DNA of 64,000 bases, taken from positions 30,421,990 to 30,485,989 of the forward strand of contig NC_052158.1 of NCBI RefSeq assembly GCF_902713615.1, in the 5' to 3' direction. The translations under genes and the position numbers were made by a program. Positions 36,780 through 49,680 of this stretch are shown one piece after another. Below the pieces are notes generated by a model, which did no database searches, had not been told where the DNA came from, and saw nothing but the letters and a program-made list of their open reading frames with translations. Numbering within the stretch: the first letter of the stretch is position 1; the number at the start of each line of letters is the position of its first letter. This stretch comes from Scyliorhinus canicula (taxonomy: Eukaryota).

Positions 36780-36905
36780 AGAACATAGAACATAGAACAT
36801 AGAACAGTACAGCACAGAACAGGCCCTTCGGCCCTCGATGTTGTGCCGAGCCATGATCACCCTACTCAAACCCACGTATCCACCCTATACCCGTAACCCA
36901 ACAAC
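36780..36905 (-). mobile_element. 5'-truncated HE1 SINE inserted into the Gypsy element
   Basis: (agaacat)4 tail and body identical in layout to 10744-10860. Confidence 0.8.
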
Positions 36906-39159
36906 AAATGAAACGAGAGGAAAAGGAAGAACCGAATCCAGATGTCTATGAATTTGACATTCCTCAAATTAAATTGGATAAAGACGATGTTCTTAAAAAT
37001 TGAGATAAATTATTGAGCTACATCCAGAGGAAAAACGAACTGACCTGAAAGACTTATTTATATGACATGGGCAAGTTTGTGGAAATAAGTTTGGAAATAC
37101 TAAAATGGTGACACATGATGTGGGTGTGGGAAATGCTGTTCCAATTAAACAACATCCATATGGACTTAACCTCCTAAAATTGACACGTTCATAAAGAAAT
37201 TGAAAATATGCTTGAAAATTGCATAATTGAAGTGGGTTGCAGGGACTGGAGCTCACCCAAAGTGATAGTACCGAAACTGGACGGTGCCCAACGATTGTGT
37301 GTGAACTATAGAAATGTTAATGCAGTCAGAAAAACAGACTCTTTTTCTATCCACGGTTGGAGGACTGCATTGAGAAGGTGGGACAATCATCATTTATCTC
37401 CAAACTGGTTTTACTCAAAGGTTACTGGCAGGTGCCTTTTTCCTAAAGGGCGAGGGATATTTCAGATTTTGTGATTCCAAACGGTATATACCAATTCAAA
37501 GTTATGCCATTTTGGCATGAACAACGCCGCACCCACAGTTCAACTGTTAACTAACAAAGTAATTTCAGGATTACCCAATTGTGTGGTGTACATAGACGTT
37601 AAAGGAATAGAGCGGCCTATCCAGGAAGTGTTGGAGGGCATTTTGTGATATTGGACTATGATATAAATTATAGGTAGCCCTGTAACTACATTTGTGCTCC
37701 TATATTACTTTTGAATAGTTCCGATGAAACAAAGGGTACTCATTGGCTTAGATGTCTGTTCAGAAGAGGCAATTTGTTGAAATAGTGTATACACAATGCT
37801 GTTAATATCAGAAAATAGCTGTTAGCTATTTTGTGATATTAATGACACAAAATGGCTGAACAAGCCACATTCAATGTAAACTGTCTCATGAGACCCAAGC
37901 ATGGGTATGTGTAGAGACTGTCCAAACAGCCGCTGATAACAGCTTGACAGAACAAGACTGACAATGTATCCTTGACAAGCTGAAGGTTCCCCGCTGTAGA
38001 CAGGACACATGTGGAAGGTGAAGAAAATGATACAGCTGATGCTTTGTTACGAATGTGATGAAGAGAAGTCAAAGACCTAAAGGGACTGCATTATTGGAAA
38101 TCTTTGTCTGTTTTGATGTTTTAAAATGTATGTATATTTATGTTCAAGTGTCAGGAATGGGTAAGAGAAAGGGTGAAATATCAAACCGTCTTTGAAGTTA
38201 ATGTTTTTTTTCTGGGGAGGGGGTGATATCTTGTGAGTGCGCCTTGAAGAAAGGTGTCGTCTCTTCTCACGTGACTTGTAGCACAATAGGCCGTGGGTGT
38301 GAGATAAGAGCGGGTTTCAGTTTCCGTTTAACTCCTTTGGACTGCAGAAGGAGAAAGAAATGTTTTCTCTGTTTTTCTCTGTTTTCATTTTAAAAGCTGT
38401 TCCATCAGAAAGCACATTGATTATGGCTAACTGCCTTGGTAACTTTTAAGATATAGCTGCTTTCCGGAAGGAGTTTGAACCTGCCGGTTGGAACTGGATC
38501 TGAATTTCAGAAAAAGGACTTCTCCCATTCAAGTGAGAATACAGTGTGCTGGGTCACTCCCTTGAAACGGGGTTTGGTTTAATTGGATTTTGTTATTGAA
38601 TTGGAACTGCTAAGGGGGAACTCATTAAATGTTATGTACATAGAGTACTGTACCTGTGTGGTGTCTTTATGTTTGTATTTGATGAAAATTCTTGCTCTGT
38701 TTATATGCATAATTCTTGCTCTGTTCATATACATATCTGTGTGTCAACTACATTCTTTGAATAAACATTGTTTTGATTAATGTGTCGAGGAAGTCCAATC
38801 AACCACAGCTGTAGAGAAGGCTTTTGTGCTCATCCTAGCCAAATTTAACATAAAGGTTGTAGTCCGGTGAACATCATAATACACTTTGGGATTTCTAACC
38901 CCTTGCCCATAACAGAAGTGTCTCACCGAGTGTGAAAATGATGGGAGGTTAAGGATACAGTCACGTCCGGCCATTGTTACTCGCTGGGTGTGAACGCAGG
39001 GAAAAGGTAGAAACATGCTCTACATCGCGGATGTAACAGAGCTGGACAGTGCTTTGGGGGGTCTGGGGGAGGGGTCGTAAATCACAGGTGCGAAGCAGTG
39101 GACGGCATGGTGCCACTTCTGTTTATAATTGCAGATAATGAAGAATACTGCACGGTGAC

Positions 39160-40480
39160 TACAATCACAATGGGATATTATAGATGCCTGCAAACAGAAT
39201 AGTCCAGGTAGATTGGCAGGACATTAATAACGGTGCAAAGTGGGATGATCAGCGTGTTCCGTGACATCTTGAGCTGTATTGAGAAATCATGAACAAAATG
39301 AAAACTTGAGATATACATTCCACAGATGAAGGGAAAAGCAACAATGAAGATTGACTTTTTGTGAATGAGGAAGACGTGGAGACTTTATAAGAGAGGTAGG
39401 CAGCCTACGGGGAGCTAGATGCATATTGAAGTAAGATAGTTTGAAAGCGACACTGAGTAGGTGGATGGTAATTCTCATAGAGATCGTGAAACTGATGACA
39501 GGTTGGGTCAACAGAGGCATATAGGCAGGTTGAGTGATTGAGCAGAGATTTGGCAGATACCATAGAATGTACAGTACAGTGCAGAAGGACGCCGTTCGGC
39601 CCATCGAGTCTATACCGGCCCCTGGAACGAGCATCCCACTTAAGCCAACACTTCCAACCTATCCCCACAACCCAGTAACTCTAGTTAACATTTTTGAACA
39701 CTAAGGGCAATTTAGCGTGGCCAACCCACCTAAACTGCACATCTTTGGACTTTGGGAGGAAACCAGAGCACCCGAGGAAACCCATGCCGACACGGGGGAA
39801 CGTACAGACTCCACGTAGACAGTAACCCAAGCTGGGAATCGAACCTGGGATCCTGGAGCTGTGAAGCAACTGTGCTAACCACTGTAGTGCCGTGCTGCCA
39901 AGATGGAATATAGTGTAGGAAAATGAGTGTATGCACTTTGGTAGGAAGAATACAGGAGTTGTACATTATTTAAAAAAGGAATAACTGCAGAAAGCTGAAG
40001 CACGGAGGCTGTAGCAGAAATCACAAAAAGCTAGCATACGTTCAGCAGGTAATAAGGAAGATAAATGAAAATGTGGCGTTCTTTTCAAATGGAATGGAGT
40101 ATAGAAATAGGGATCTCGGCAAAATCTACATAAGGCATTAGTTCACCCCTTCCTGGAATATTGTGAACAGTTTTGTTCTCCTTATCTTAGGAAATATATA
40201 CTGGCATTGGAAGCAGTTCAGAGAAAGTTCGCCAAGTTTATGCTGGGCATGAAGGGTTTTTTAATTAGAGGTTGAGAAGGATGGGCTTGTACTCATTGGC
40301 GTTTAGAAGAATGGGAAGGGACCTTACGGAGATCAACAGGATTGTCAGGGAGCTAGACAGGGTAGATGCTGAGGTTGTATCCCCTTGTGGGAGAGTCCAG
40401 GATCGGAGGGCATAGGGTAAACAGGAGGAAACAGGGAGCACATATAGAGGAGAGGAAACAGGAAGCAAGTATATACGAGA
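39160..40480 (+). mobile_element. Degenerate CR1 RT 3' region, interrupted by an HE1 SINE (39560-39900, minus strand)
   Basis: LEYCEQFCSPYLRKYILALEAVQRKFAK motif; SINE homology. Confidence 0.7.
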
Positions 40481-41030
40481 GGAAACAGGAAGTGAAGATA
40501 GATGAGACGAAACAGGAATCAAATGTAACGGAGAGGAAACAGAAAGCAAAGATAGACGGGAGGAAACAGAAAGCAAAGATAGACGGGAGGAAACAGGAAG
40601 CAATGATATACGGGAGGAAACAGGAAGCAATGATAGACGGGAGGAAACAGGAAGAAATGATATACGGGAGGAAACAGGAAGCAATGATATACGGGAGGAA
40701 ACAGGAAGCAATGATATACGGGAGGAAACAGGAAGCAATGATAGGTGGGAGGAAACAGGAAGCAATGATATACGGGAGGAAACAGGAAGCAATAATAGGC
40801 GGGAGGAAACAGGAAGCAATGATAGGCGGGAGGAAACAGAAAGCAATGATAGGCGGGAGGAAACAGGAAGCAATGATAGACGGGAGGAAACAGGAAGCAA
40901 TGATAGGCGGGAGGAAACAGAAAGCAATGATAGACGGGAGGAAACAGGAAGCAATGATAGGCGGGAGGAAACAGGAAGCAATTATAAGCGGGAGGAAACA
41001 GGAAGCAATGATATACGAGACATTAAACAA
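40440..41030. repeat. 27-bp minisatellite gggaggaaacaggaagcaatgata(t/g)(a/g)c, about 21 copies
   Basis: Direct inspection; explains the repetitive ORFs 40366-41043 (+), 40265-40981 (-) and 40353-41054 (-). Confidence 0.95.
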
Positions 41031-42478
41031 ACGGGATATTTGAATTCCATGCAATAACGACTGTTAATTCGTGGGGCTACCTGTTAAAAATGGTACAGGA
41101 TTAAAGTGCGCTATAGAAAGACGAAACTTGAGTAGTTTACCAACACCTCCAACTCAATTCCGTTTCCAAGCACCTCTAATAGAAAGGGAAATGATGAGCA
41201 GTTTCATACATTGCTGTTTGTTAAGTGCCATGTGCAGTTATTTAGAGTTGTATTTCTGTTTCATTATGTTCCGTACACTCCTTCAGACTTGCGTTCTTTT
41301 TAAATCATTATGCCTAGATTAGTAATTTCCTACACACTGTTTATTTAGCAACTCGTGCCAGTTATGCACATTAAGTCAATTCAACTTGATGTACCTAACA
41401 AATTAGCCTTGAAAGCGATGGAAGTCAATATTCCGACGGACGGATTGGTTTAAAATGTATCCCATTGCGCTCATATCGACACCCACCACTATCTCCCGCC
41501 ATATTTTGCTCTTCCTCGGGACCAAGTCCTGGTAATTATTCTGGAGCAGGGTCAACCATGGATTATGTTTGACGCCATGAACCCTGCACGCTGGCATGCC
41601 TTGTGAAGGGTAATTGGAACCGAGAAACCCAGTTTACGTGGGGTCTCCGGCACATTATCTGTGGGGTAGCCGAACAAGCCTGGCTCATTAATTCAAACTG
41701 TGAAAGTACTGTGAGTTGGACCTCTACCCTACACTCTTAAACCTCCCTCGCAAGGCACAAGGTGATTCTACTTATATAGCCAAAAAATAAACTTGTCAAT
41801 GCAAAGTGCAGGGTACGCTTTTATTTGGTTAAAATGAGCAGCACCCTTACCCACAGTGGAAGGCCACTAAAGCTTGCTCTTGTCTATTTGGACTGAGATG
41901 AACGGGATGGGGTGGGGACAGACTGTACTGCTTCTTCCTAGTCAAATAGAATGCTGCTTCTAGTTTGGCCTGTAGTTTTATGGTCGACGTCTGAACGTCA
42001 GGCGTTCCTGTACCAAAAACAAATTGCTCCTCCCCCTCCACCCTCGGCCCACACTCTCCCCCTTCCTCCAATTTGGTTTGGTAAAATCCAATCTTCGGAT
42101 CATGTAATGTGACATCGTTTGTTTTGTCTGGACATTAATTTTACCTTTGTAAAGTTTCCAATTGCCTTCCCCATGTCTTTAGCCCAAGTAAAGTCTATAC
42201 TATAACAGGCTGGCGTGCGTGTGACCCCTTGGGCAACCACATGATGGGTGAAGACCCGTATATTCGTGGGTCCCTGAATACCTCCGGCTGACAGGAAAGA
42301 CAAGACCAACACTGAAGGGATATTCGGCGATGTATTGAAAGCATTCATAATAATGAACAGGCCCGTATCATCTGATTGTAAATACCCTTGGAGTGATATT
42401 CAAACATGAGTGTCGACTTCAACTAACCAGCTCCCAGTATTTTGCTAAGGAGTTCAAAACTCTCTATTCTAACACAGT

Positions 42479-42727
42479 ACGAGACATCCGAGCGTGTTAA
42501 ACGCAGAGCCGCTGAAAAATCAGCCGCAGACAACCTGTCTCTTCACCATGTTTCCCATGTTATTGGGACATGTAGGTGGGGAGATTTCGCGGGATGGCTC
42601 GGCGTCAGGTGTGTGTCTTTTACTGCGGCTTTCCACTCAGTGGATGGAAAGTAAATCGAAATATTTCTGCAGAACTGCTTACCCCTTGCGTGCAAGGCTC
42701 GCCCACACAATCACACACAGCCTCTGA
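42479..42727 (+). pseudogene. Degenerate Ig C1-set-like exon
   Basis: Acceptor ctctctattctaacacag|; frame PSVLNAEPLKNQPQTTCLFTMFP...SRDGSASGVCLLLRLSTQWMESKSKYFCRTAYPLRARLAHTI shows C1-like TC, DGS, W and KYFC in order but is about 20 aa short and out of phase. Confidence 0.3.
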
Positions 42728-43699
42728 ACAGCAATGCTCTACGATGTCGTCTTTATTATACAGATGCCGCCTTCACGGATTTTCCTTCGAGGTATCCTGT
42801 AGCTACGAATGAAAATATGCCCATACCAACAACGGGACCTGAGAATACCCACAGCCATCTGATCAATTAGGGACGGACAATAAATAATGGCCCAGCCAGA
42901 GATTCCCACATCCCATAATTGAATAGTTTAAGATATATATGTGTATGTATATATATATATATATATAATATATATATTATTGTTCGGATAGTTTTAACAT
43001 GTATGTCTCTATTTCAAACCAAGTAAAACACACTTGATATCGCTTGGCCGTTTATTCTACCCGTTATTTTAACACATGTGTCAGCATGCTGTGCACTGCA
43101 GTCCCTCGACGTTGCTACCTTGTTACCTCCTTGATGTTCCATTATGATGGTTAATGAAACTTAGGCACTGTCGTTGAAGCAACGTGTTGGATTTCAGTTG
43201 GACGTGTTTAATAAATTGGAGCATTTTTATTCTGAATTTATGACTAGAGAGGTTTAGGTTCGAAATCACCAACGCAAACTAATTTACAAAGGGATGCACA
43301 TATCAAAGCAAGTTGACAATTTAGAGCTCTTTTACACCAAGTACACAATTCCAAGTCCAAACTTGTGCAGATTAAGTGGATTAGCCATGTTCAATTGCCA
43401 CTTAGTATTCAAAGATATGCAGATTAGATGGGGTTATAGGTGAGGAATTTGGCCTAGGTAGTGTGATCAGAGGGTCGTAGCCGAATCGATGGGCAGGATG
43501 GCCTTCTTCTGCCCTGTATATATTCTACTGGGTGTGAATACCGCCTTCGCTGCCGGACTTCAAGTCAATAGGGGTGGATTATCCGATATGTAAATGCGGG
43601 TCCAATACTGGGTTTGCGTTCACCCAATTTTGCTCACCAATGGTGTTATTAAACAGCAACATCGTACGGAGTGTTACACTGGCCGGTCAAAGAACAAAG

Positions 43700-46600
43700 A
43701 ACAAACAAGAGTGCAGCACATGAACAGGCCCTTCGGCCCTCCAAGCCTGTATCGGTCATGGTACTACCCTTAGTTGGTGAGGCACGACCTCTTCTTCACA
43801 AAACAATGCTATTTGTCGCTAATAAGTCTATGTGTTTCCAAATGGGTATAAAGTCTGTCCCTAAGAATTCTCTCCATTAATTTACCTACTACCGACGTGA
43901 GGCTCATTGGCCTATAGTTTCCTGGATTATCCCTGCACATTTCTTAAAAAGCCGGACCAGATTCGCTATTCTCCAGTCCTCTGGGATCTTACCTGTAGAC
44001 AATGAGAATACAAATATGTCAGTCAACGCCCCAGCAATTTCCTCCCTTGCTTTCCCCAGTATTGTGGGGTAAATTCTGTGCGGCCAGGAGATTAGTCTAT
44101 CTTAATGTCTTTTAAAACACCCAATACTTCCTCCTTTTTGATGTAAACATGACCCAGACTGTCCACACACCCTTCCCAAGAATCGTCTTCCACAAAGTCC
44201 TTTTCTTTGATGAACGCTGATGCAAGGTACTCAGTTAGTACATCACCCATTTGCTCTGGCTCAACACATAGATTCTCCCCACTATTCTTAAGTGATCCAC
44301 TTCTTTCCCTGGCCACCCTCTTGCTTTTTATATATGAATAAATAGCTTAGTGATTCACCTTAATCCTACTTGCCAAGGACATTTCATGGCCTCTCCTAGC
44401 CCTCCTACATTTGCGCTTAGGTAACTTCATACTTTCCTTATACTCCTAACGGGCTTTGACTGTCCCCCACCCTCCTAGACCGTACACAAGCCTTTTCCTT
44501 TTTGGCCAGGTTCACAATATCCCTCGGTATCCAAGGCTCCCTAAACGTTCATACTTATCCCTCGTTCTCTCAGGAAGGTGACTTTCCTGAATCCTGACCA
44601 ACTGTCTTCGAAAAGAGTCCCACAAGTCCGATGCCGGTTTACCATCTAACAGCCGTACCCGCACTTAATCCAAATTCTCCAAATCCTGTCTAATTTTATC
44701 ATAATTTGCCATTCCCCATTTTAGCACTTTGACCGATCTTACCCTCATCCCTATCCAAAAGTATCCTACAATTTATGGATTGTGGTCACTACTCCCAATA
44801 TGTTCCCCGACTGAAACCTCAACCACCTACCCAGGCTCATTCCCCAATACCAAGTCCAGTACTGCCCCTTCCCTAGTTCGACTATCTGCATCGTTAATGC
44901 AGGATCATTCCTGGGTACACCTCACAATCACTGCCCCATCCAAGCCCCTGCATTAAGTGAATCCCAGTCAATATATGGAAGTTGAAATTCCCTACCAAGA
45001 CAACCCTTTTACACCTCTCCAAAATCTCTGTACATATCTGTTCCTCTATCTCTCGTTTGCGTTCGGGGCGGGGGGTGGCTGTAAAAAATCTCCGACATTG
45101 TGTTTGCTCCCTTCTTGTTGCTCAGCTCTGAGCTCTACCTAGATTGCCTCATTGTATGAGCTTTCCATGCTTCCACAGTATGGCTATAATATTTTCCTGA
45201 ACCGGTAACGCTAATCCCCCGCCTGCCTCTTTTACATCCCTATCTCGACCCAAGCATCTATATCCTTCAACGTTCAGCTGCCAATCCTGCTCTTCCTTTA
45301 ACCACGTTTATTTGGTAGCCATAACGTCATAGTTCCAAGTACTAATAAGTGCTTTAAGTTCATCTGTCTTACCTGCCATACTTCTGGCGTTGAAACAAAT
45401 ACACTTCAGACCACTGCGTTTGAGGAGACAGGATAATGTTATCCTCTTATTTTCGTTCTCTATTTCCCCTTCAGTTATTACACATTCTAAACTAGCACCC
45501 TGGTTCCCACCCCCCTGCCAAACTAATTTAAATCCTCCTGAGTGACTCTAGCAAACCTAGCCAGGATATTGGTTCCCCTCCAGTTAAATGTAACATGTCT
45601 TTCTTGTACAAGTCCCACCTGCCCCGGAAGCGATCCCAATAGTCCATAAATCTGAAACCACTAGCACTCCTGCACCACTAGTTTGGCCACGTACTTAGCT
45701 ACACTATACTGCTATTCGTAGCCTCACTGGCACGTGGCACAGGGAGTAATCCTGAGATTACAACTGCGTTTTAGCTTGTTGCTGAACTCCTTGAATTCAT
45801 TCTGCAGGGCCCCATCGCTCTCCCTGCCTCTTCGTAGCTATGTGTACGACGACGTCTGGCTGTTCACTCTCTCCCTTCAGAATGCTTTCTGCCCGTTTAG
45901 AGATATCCTGGACCCTGGCACCAAGGAGCCACCATACAATCCTGGAGTCTCTCTCACGTACACAGAAGTGTCTATCTGTGCCCCTTCTAACAGAGTATCA
46001 TATAACTATGATCCAGTGCTATTTGTCCCACACTGCTCAGCAACAGAGCCATCCGTGGTGTCACTGCCCTGGCTGATGCTGCTATTATCTCCTGTTAGGC
46101 CACCCCTCCCCAACTGTATCCAAAACGGTATACTTGTTAGAGGGGGAAACGACCACTGGAGATCCCTGCCCCTTCTATCGGTCACTCATCTATCTGCCTG
46201 CACCTTGAGTGTCACCACATCACTAAAACTCCTGTCCATGATGCTTTCCGCCACCTTCGTACTCCTAAATGCATCCGAATGTTGCTCTAACCTATCCAGG
46301 GTGTCTGTGAGGAGCTGCAATTGGGCGCACGTCCTGCAGATGTAGTCGGACGAGACGCTGGAGCGTCACGGATCTTCCGCATCTCACAAGTGCAGCACTT
46401 AACCCCACTTGCCGACATTTCTATCACCAACTAAATAATTTCAGAATGTTTTCTAAACTCTTACCTTCACTTATCGCTGCAGATACCTGAGATAGGTCTG
46501 TATCCCTTACCCTCTCAGTGTGCTCTGTGGATCTCTCCCTGCAGATTACCAGTTACAAAGCAAGAGGAAAGAAAACAAAACAAAAAGGGAAGAAGCACCT

Positions 46601-46700
46601 GCTCCTACTCTGCACCGAATCACTACACTGCTCCAAAAGACCTACTTTCAGTCCCAACTCTGCCTCCCACTTCACGAGTGCAAATCTTATTGGGAGTGCG
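43700..46700 (-). mobile_element. Degenerate CR1 LINE (5' UTR, ORF1, endonuclease, part of RT)
   Basis: VEPEQMGDVLTEYLASAFIKEKD..VYIKKEEVLGVLKDIKID; CR1-like ORF1 region 45700-46350. Confidence 0.75.
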
Positions 46701-49249
46701 TTTATGCCTCTCTTATATCAAGCTCAGCTAAAATCAGATGACGCACACTAGTTAGACTTCAGACAGAAGAATACAATTTGCCCCTTTTGCCTCTAATCAG
46801 GCTTCAGGTGATTGACAGGTAACTGCCGCTCAGATATGTGGGTGGGGCAGCTCCTTTTTTTGCCAGCTAACTAGACCATTAAATTTATAACTGGAAAAAC
46901 AGGAGAATTAGATTTACCACATACCTGTTTAGTTACCAGCCTGCTCCAGATTACCAACTTTCAATCCCCACCCTGGCTGCCTCACGCAGGATGCTCCAAC
47001 GTCACGTGCGCAAAGCTTACTCTATGCCTGCCGAGAATGTCAAGTGGAAATGAACTGATTGAAGCACGCTTGGCAGTTTCAAAACATGAAATTGGTATAT
47101 CTGGAAAATTATTTATTTTCCGTTTGTTTTCGGCCGATACACTGGTGTTTTTCCCCAATTTGCTTTAGGTGGCGGATTAACCCCCCCCCCCTCCCCAAAC
47201 ACGTGCCACAACAGACGAAGCCAACGATATTTCATCACCAAAACATTTATGTTTTACAAATAATACACTGATTTACAGATATCAGGCTGATTGGAACAGC
47301 AAAGGACTTTGAAATTAGAGAGAGATAACTTTTATTTAAGTGCTGTCCTCGGTGGAAGTAAAGCGCTTTGAGGGGCACTGGGGTCGTGACAGGCGCATGA
47401 TCAAGACATTTTTTGTTTTGTTTTACAAAGGGTGAAATAAAATCAAATTAGTGGTGACTTAACGCAATCTTTGAAATTATGAAAGATTCACTAATAATCG
47501 AGGAGGAAATTCTGGAAAAACGTCTTTACCAAAGAGTGGTGGGATGTTTTTAAATTATACATTTCCAGGATGTGGGCTTCACGGGCTAGGCCATCGTTTA
47601 TTACCCAGCCTAATTGTCCTTGAGAAGGTGGTGGTGAGCTGTCTCCTTGAACCCCTGCAATCCATATGGGGCAGGTGCATCCAATGTTCCGTTTGGGAGG
47701 GAGCACTCGGATTTTGACCCAGACACAGTGAAGGAACGACGATATAGTTCCCAATCAGGATAGTGATTAACCTGAAGGGGAACCTCCAGGTGGTGGAGTT
47801 CCTAGGTCTCTGCTGCCCTTGCCCTTATAAATGTTCGCTGTCTTGTGTTTGGAAGGTGCTGTCAATGGAGCTTTGGTGAGTTCCTGCAGTGCATCTTGCA
47901 GATGGTACACAGGGCTGCAACTGCACGTGGGTGGCAGAGGGAGTGAAAAATTAGAGATGAGGTGACAATAAAGTGGGGCTGCTTTGTCCTGGATGGGGTC
48001 AAGCTTCATGAACGGTATTGGAGCTGCACCCATCCAGGCAAGTGGATTGTGAAATTCGGTTCCACGTGGCCTAGATAGGTAAATTATATAATTGCATTAA
48101 AGGGAAATTAGATAAGAACTTGTGAAAAGGGGGAATAGATGGTTAGGATGCTCGATTCAGATGGGAAATGATATTAAGAGCGTTTAATAGAGTATTGACA
48201 CCGGCACGGAATGCCTGCATCGAATGGCCTGGCACTGTTCCGCGCATCATCATGCGTAATCCTGTGTCATCTTGAAAAATGAAACCGGAACTGGTTTCAT
48301 AAAGTCTGACATCAGACCGGACTTTCTCATGGGCCTCTGAGTTTAAAATTGCAGATTGGTTTCCAGATCTTCATTGCCACATCCATCGGCCACTGCAGCA
48401 AACTCTTCCGAATTTGTTCCATTTCCCTGCGGAGATTATGACAGGAAAATCATTTTGCACAATCAACTCAGTAAACAACCCAGCATGAATACTGTTTTTT
48501 TTTAAAGTCTTCCACTTAAATATCATCCTATAACTTTCAAGCTTAACACGCCAAGGAGCTTATTTTCATTACAAACTTCAAAGGCTATTCAATGATTGCT
48601 TCCACATCTTAATAAGCAATAAGACAGCCTCGCCTGCACAATGGTCTGCAGAGGGACCTGCTCCACATTTGTGCATTTCTTTTACCCTTCGCTTCATGTC
48701 AAGCATCTGGGAGAGCCACAAATTGTACATTGCTGAATTGTTTGCTATGTTGACCCACGTCCAATTTGGTTGGTTTTGTTGGCAATAAATATGGAAAGTT
48801 GCTGACACGCATATTTATTACAAATAATATAAAACACGTTCTGACGAGGCTGCACGAATTCTGTCTTGTGGCGCAGTGGGTACTCTTCCTACATCTGGAA
48901 CAGAAGTTACGAGTTCAAGTCCCGCCACAGGAATTGATGGCCATGGTTGATTAGCAGCCGGAAAATCCTCCCATTCCCCTGATGGCAGGCGGAAAAGAGC
49001 TGGAGAGTTTACTGTACAGCCGTGCTGCAGAAGGGAACTGCAAACCACTGCTGTGCTTTGTCAAACATAACCATAAAACAATCCAATGGAAGTCCGCCGA
49101 TGATGAGGACATGGTGCCTGACGGAGGAGGAGGTACCAATGCCACATGGTCACCAGGTGATGGATGCTGAGCTCTCTTCAGTTTTTTCCATTTGACCTAA
49201 ATCCACCTTTACCAAATCTCTCAGTTTCCTATAACACAATCATGAAAGA

Positions 49250-49680
49250 CATAGATAGGTAGATAGGAAGAAACTGTTCCCCATAGTGGAGCGATCAATA
49301 ACTAGGGGCATAGAGAGAGGTTATGGGGAAGAAGATTTAAAAATAGCTGAATCCCTGCACTGCAGAAGGAGGCCTTTCAGCCCATCGAGTTTGCACCGAC
49401 CGTCCGAAAGAGCTCACTTAAAGGGGAATTGAGGAAAAGCTTTTTCACCCAGAGGGTGGTGGGAACCTGTAGCTCGCTGCCTGAAAGGGTGTTAGAGGCG
49501 GGAACCCTCACAACACTTGAGAAAGATTTAGATGAGCACTCGAAATGCCACAACATACAAGGCTATGGACCAAGATCAGGACAATGGCATTAGAATAAAT
49601 AGGTACTTGATAGTCAATGCAGAGACAATAGACCAAAGGGTCTTTTTGTGTGCTGTAAAACTCTATGACTCCATGAATCT
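49250..49680 (+). mobile_element. CR1 3' end with embedded SINE tail fragment
   Basis: TRGHR..FTQRVVGTCSSLPERV motif. Confidence 0.65.

Larger units (their letters stand above)
33496..38914 (+). mobile_element. Degenerate Gmr1-like Gypsy LTR retrotransposon (gag/SCAN-like, CCHC, PR, INT, RT, RH; 3' LTR about 38224-38914; 5' LTR missing)
   Basis: CNKLGHIKSE knuckle near 34650, protease ILRDKGAS near 35055, integrase YGLPAEVQSDQGSNFTS..YHPELQG near 36000-36270, RT PKLDGAQRLCVNYR..PFGM..VVYID 37200-37600, RH end ENDTADAL near 38020, polypurine tract ggggagggg before TG, LTR ending cccataaca. Confidence 0.85.

Noticed and set aside
40265-41054. Three long repetitive ORFs (225-238 aa)
   Set aside because: Fully explained by a 27-bp minisatellite; no splice or domain support.
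46640-46741. CVYASL ITIM-like motif after an acceptor-like site
   Set aside because: Lies antisense within the CR1 5' region and the -2 residue is not ITIM consensus.
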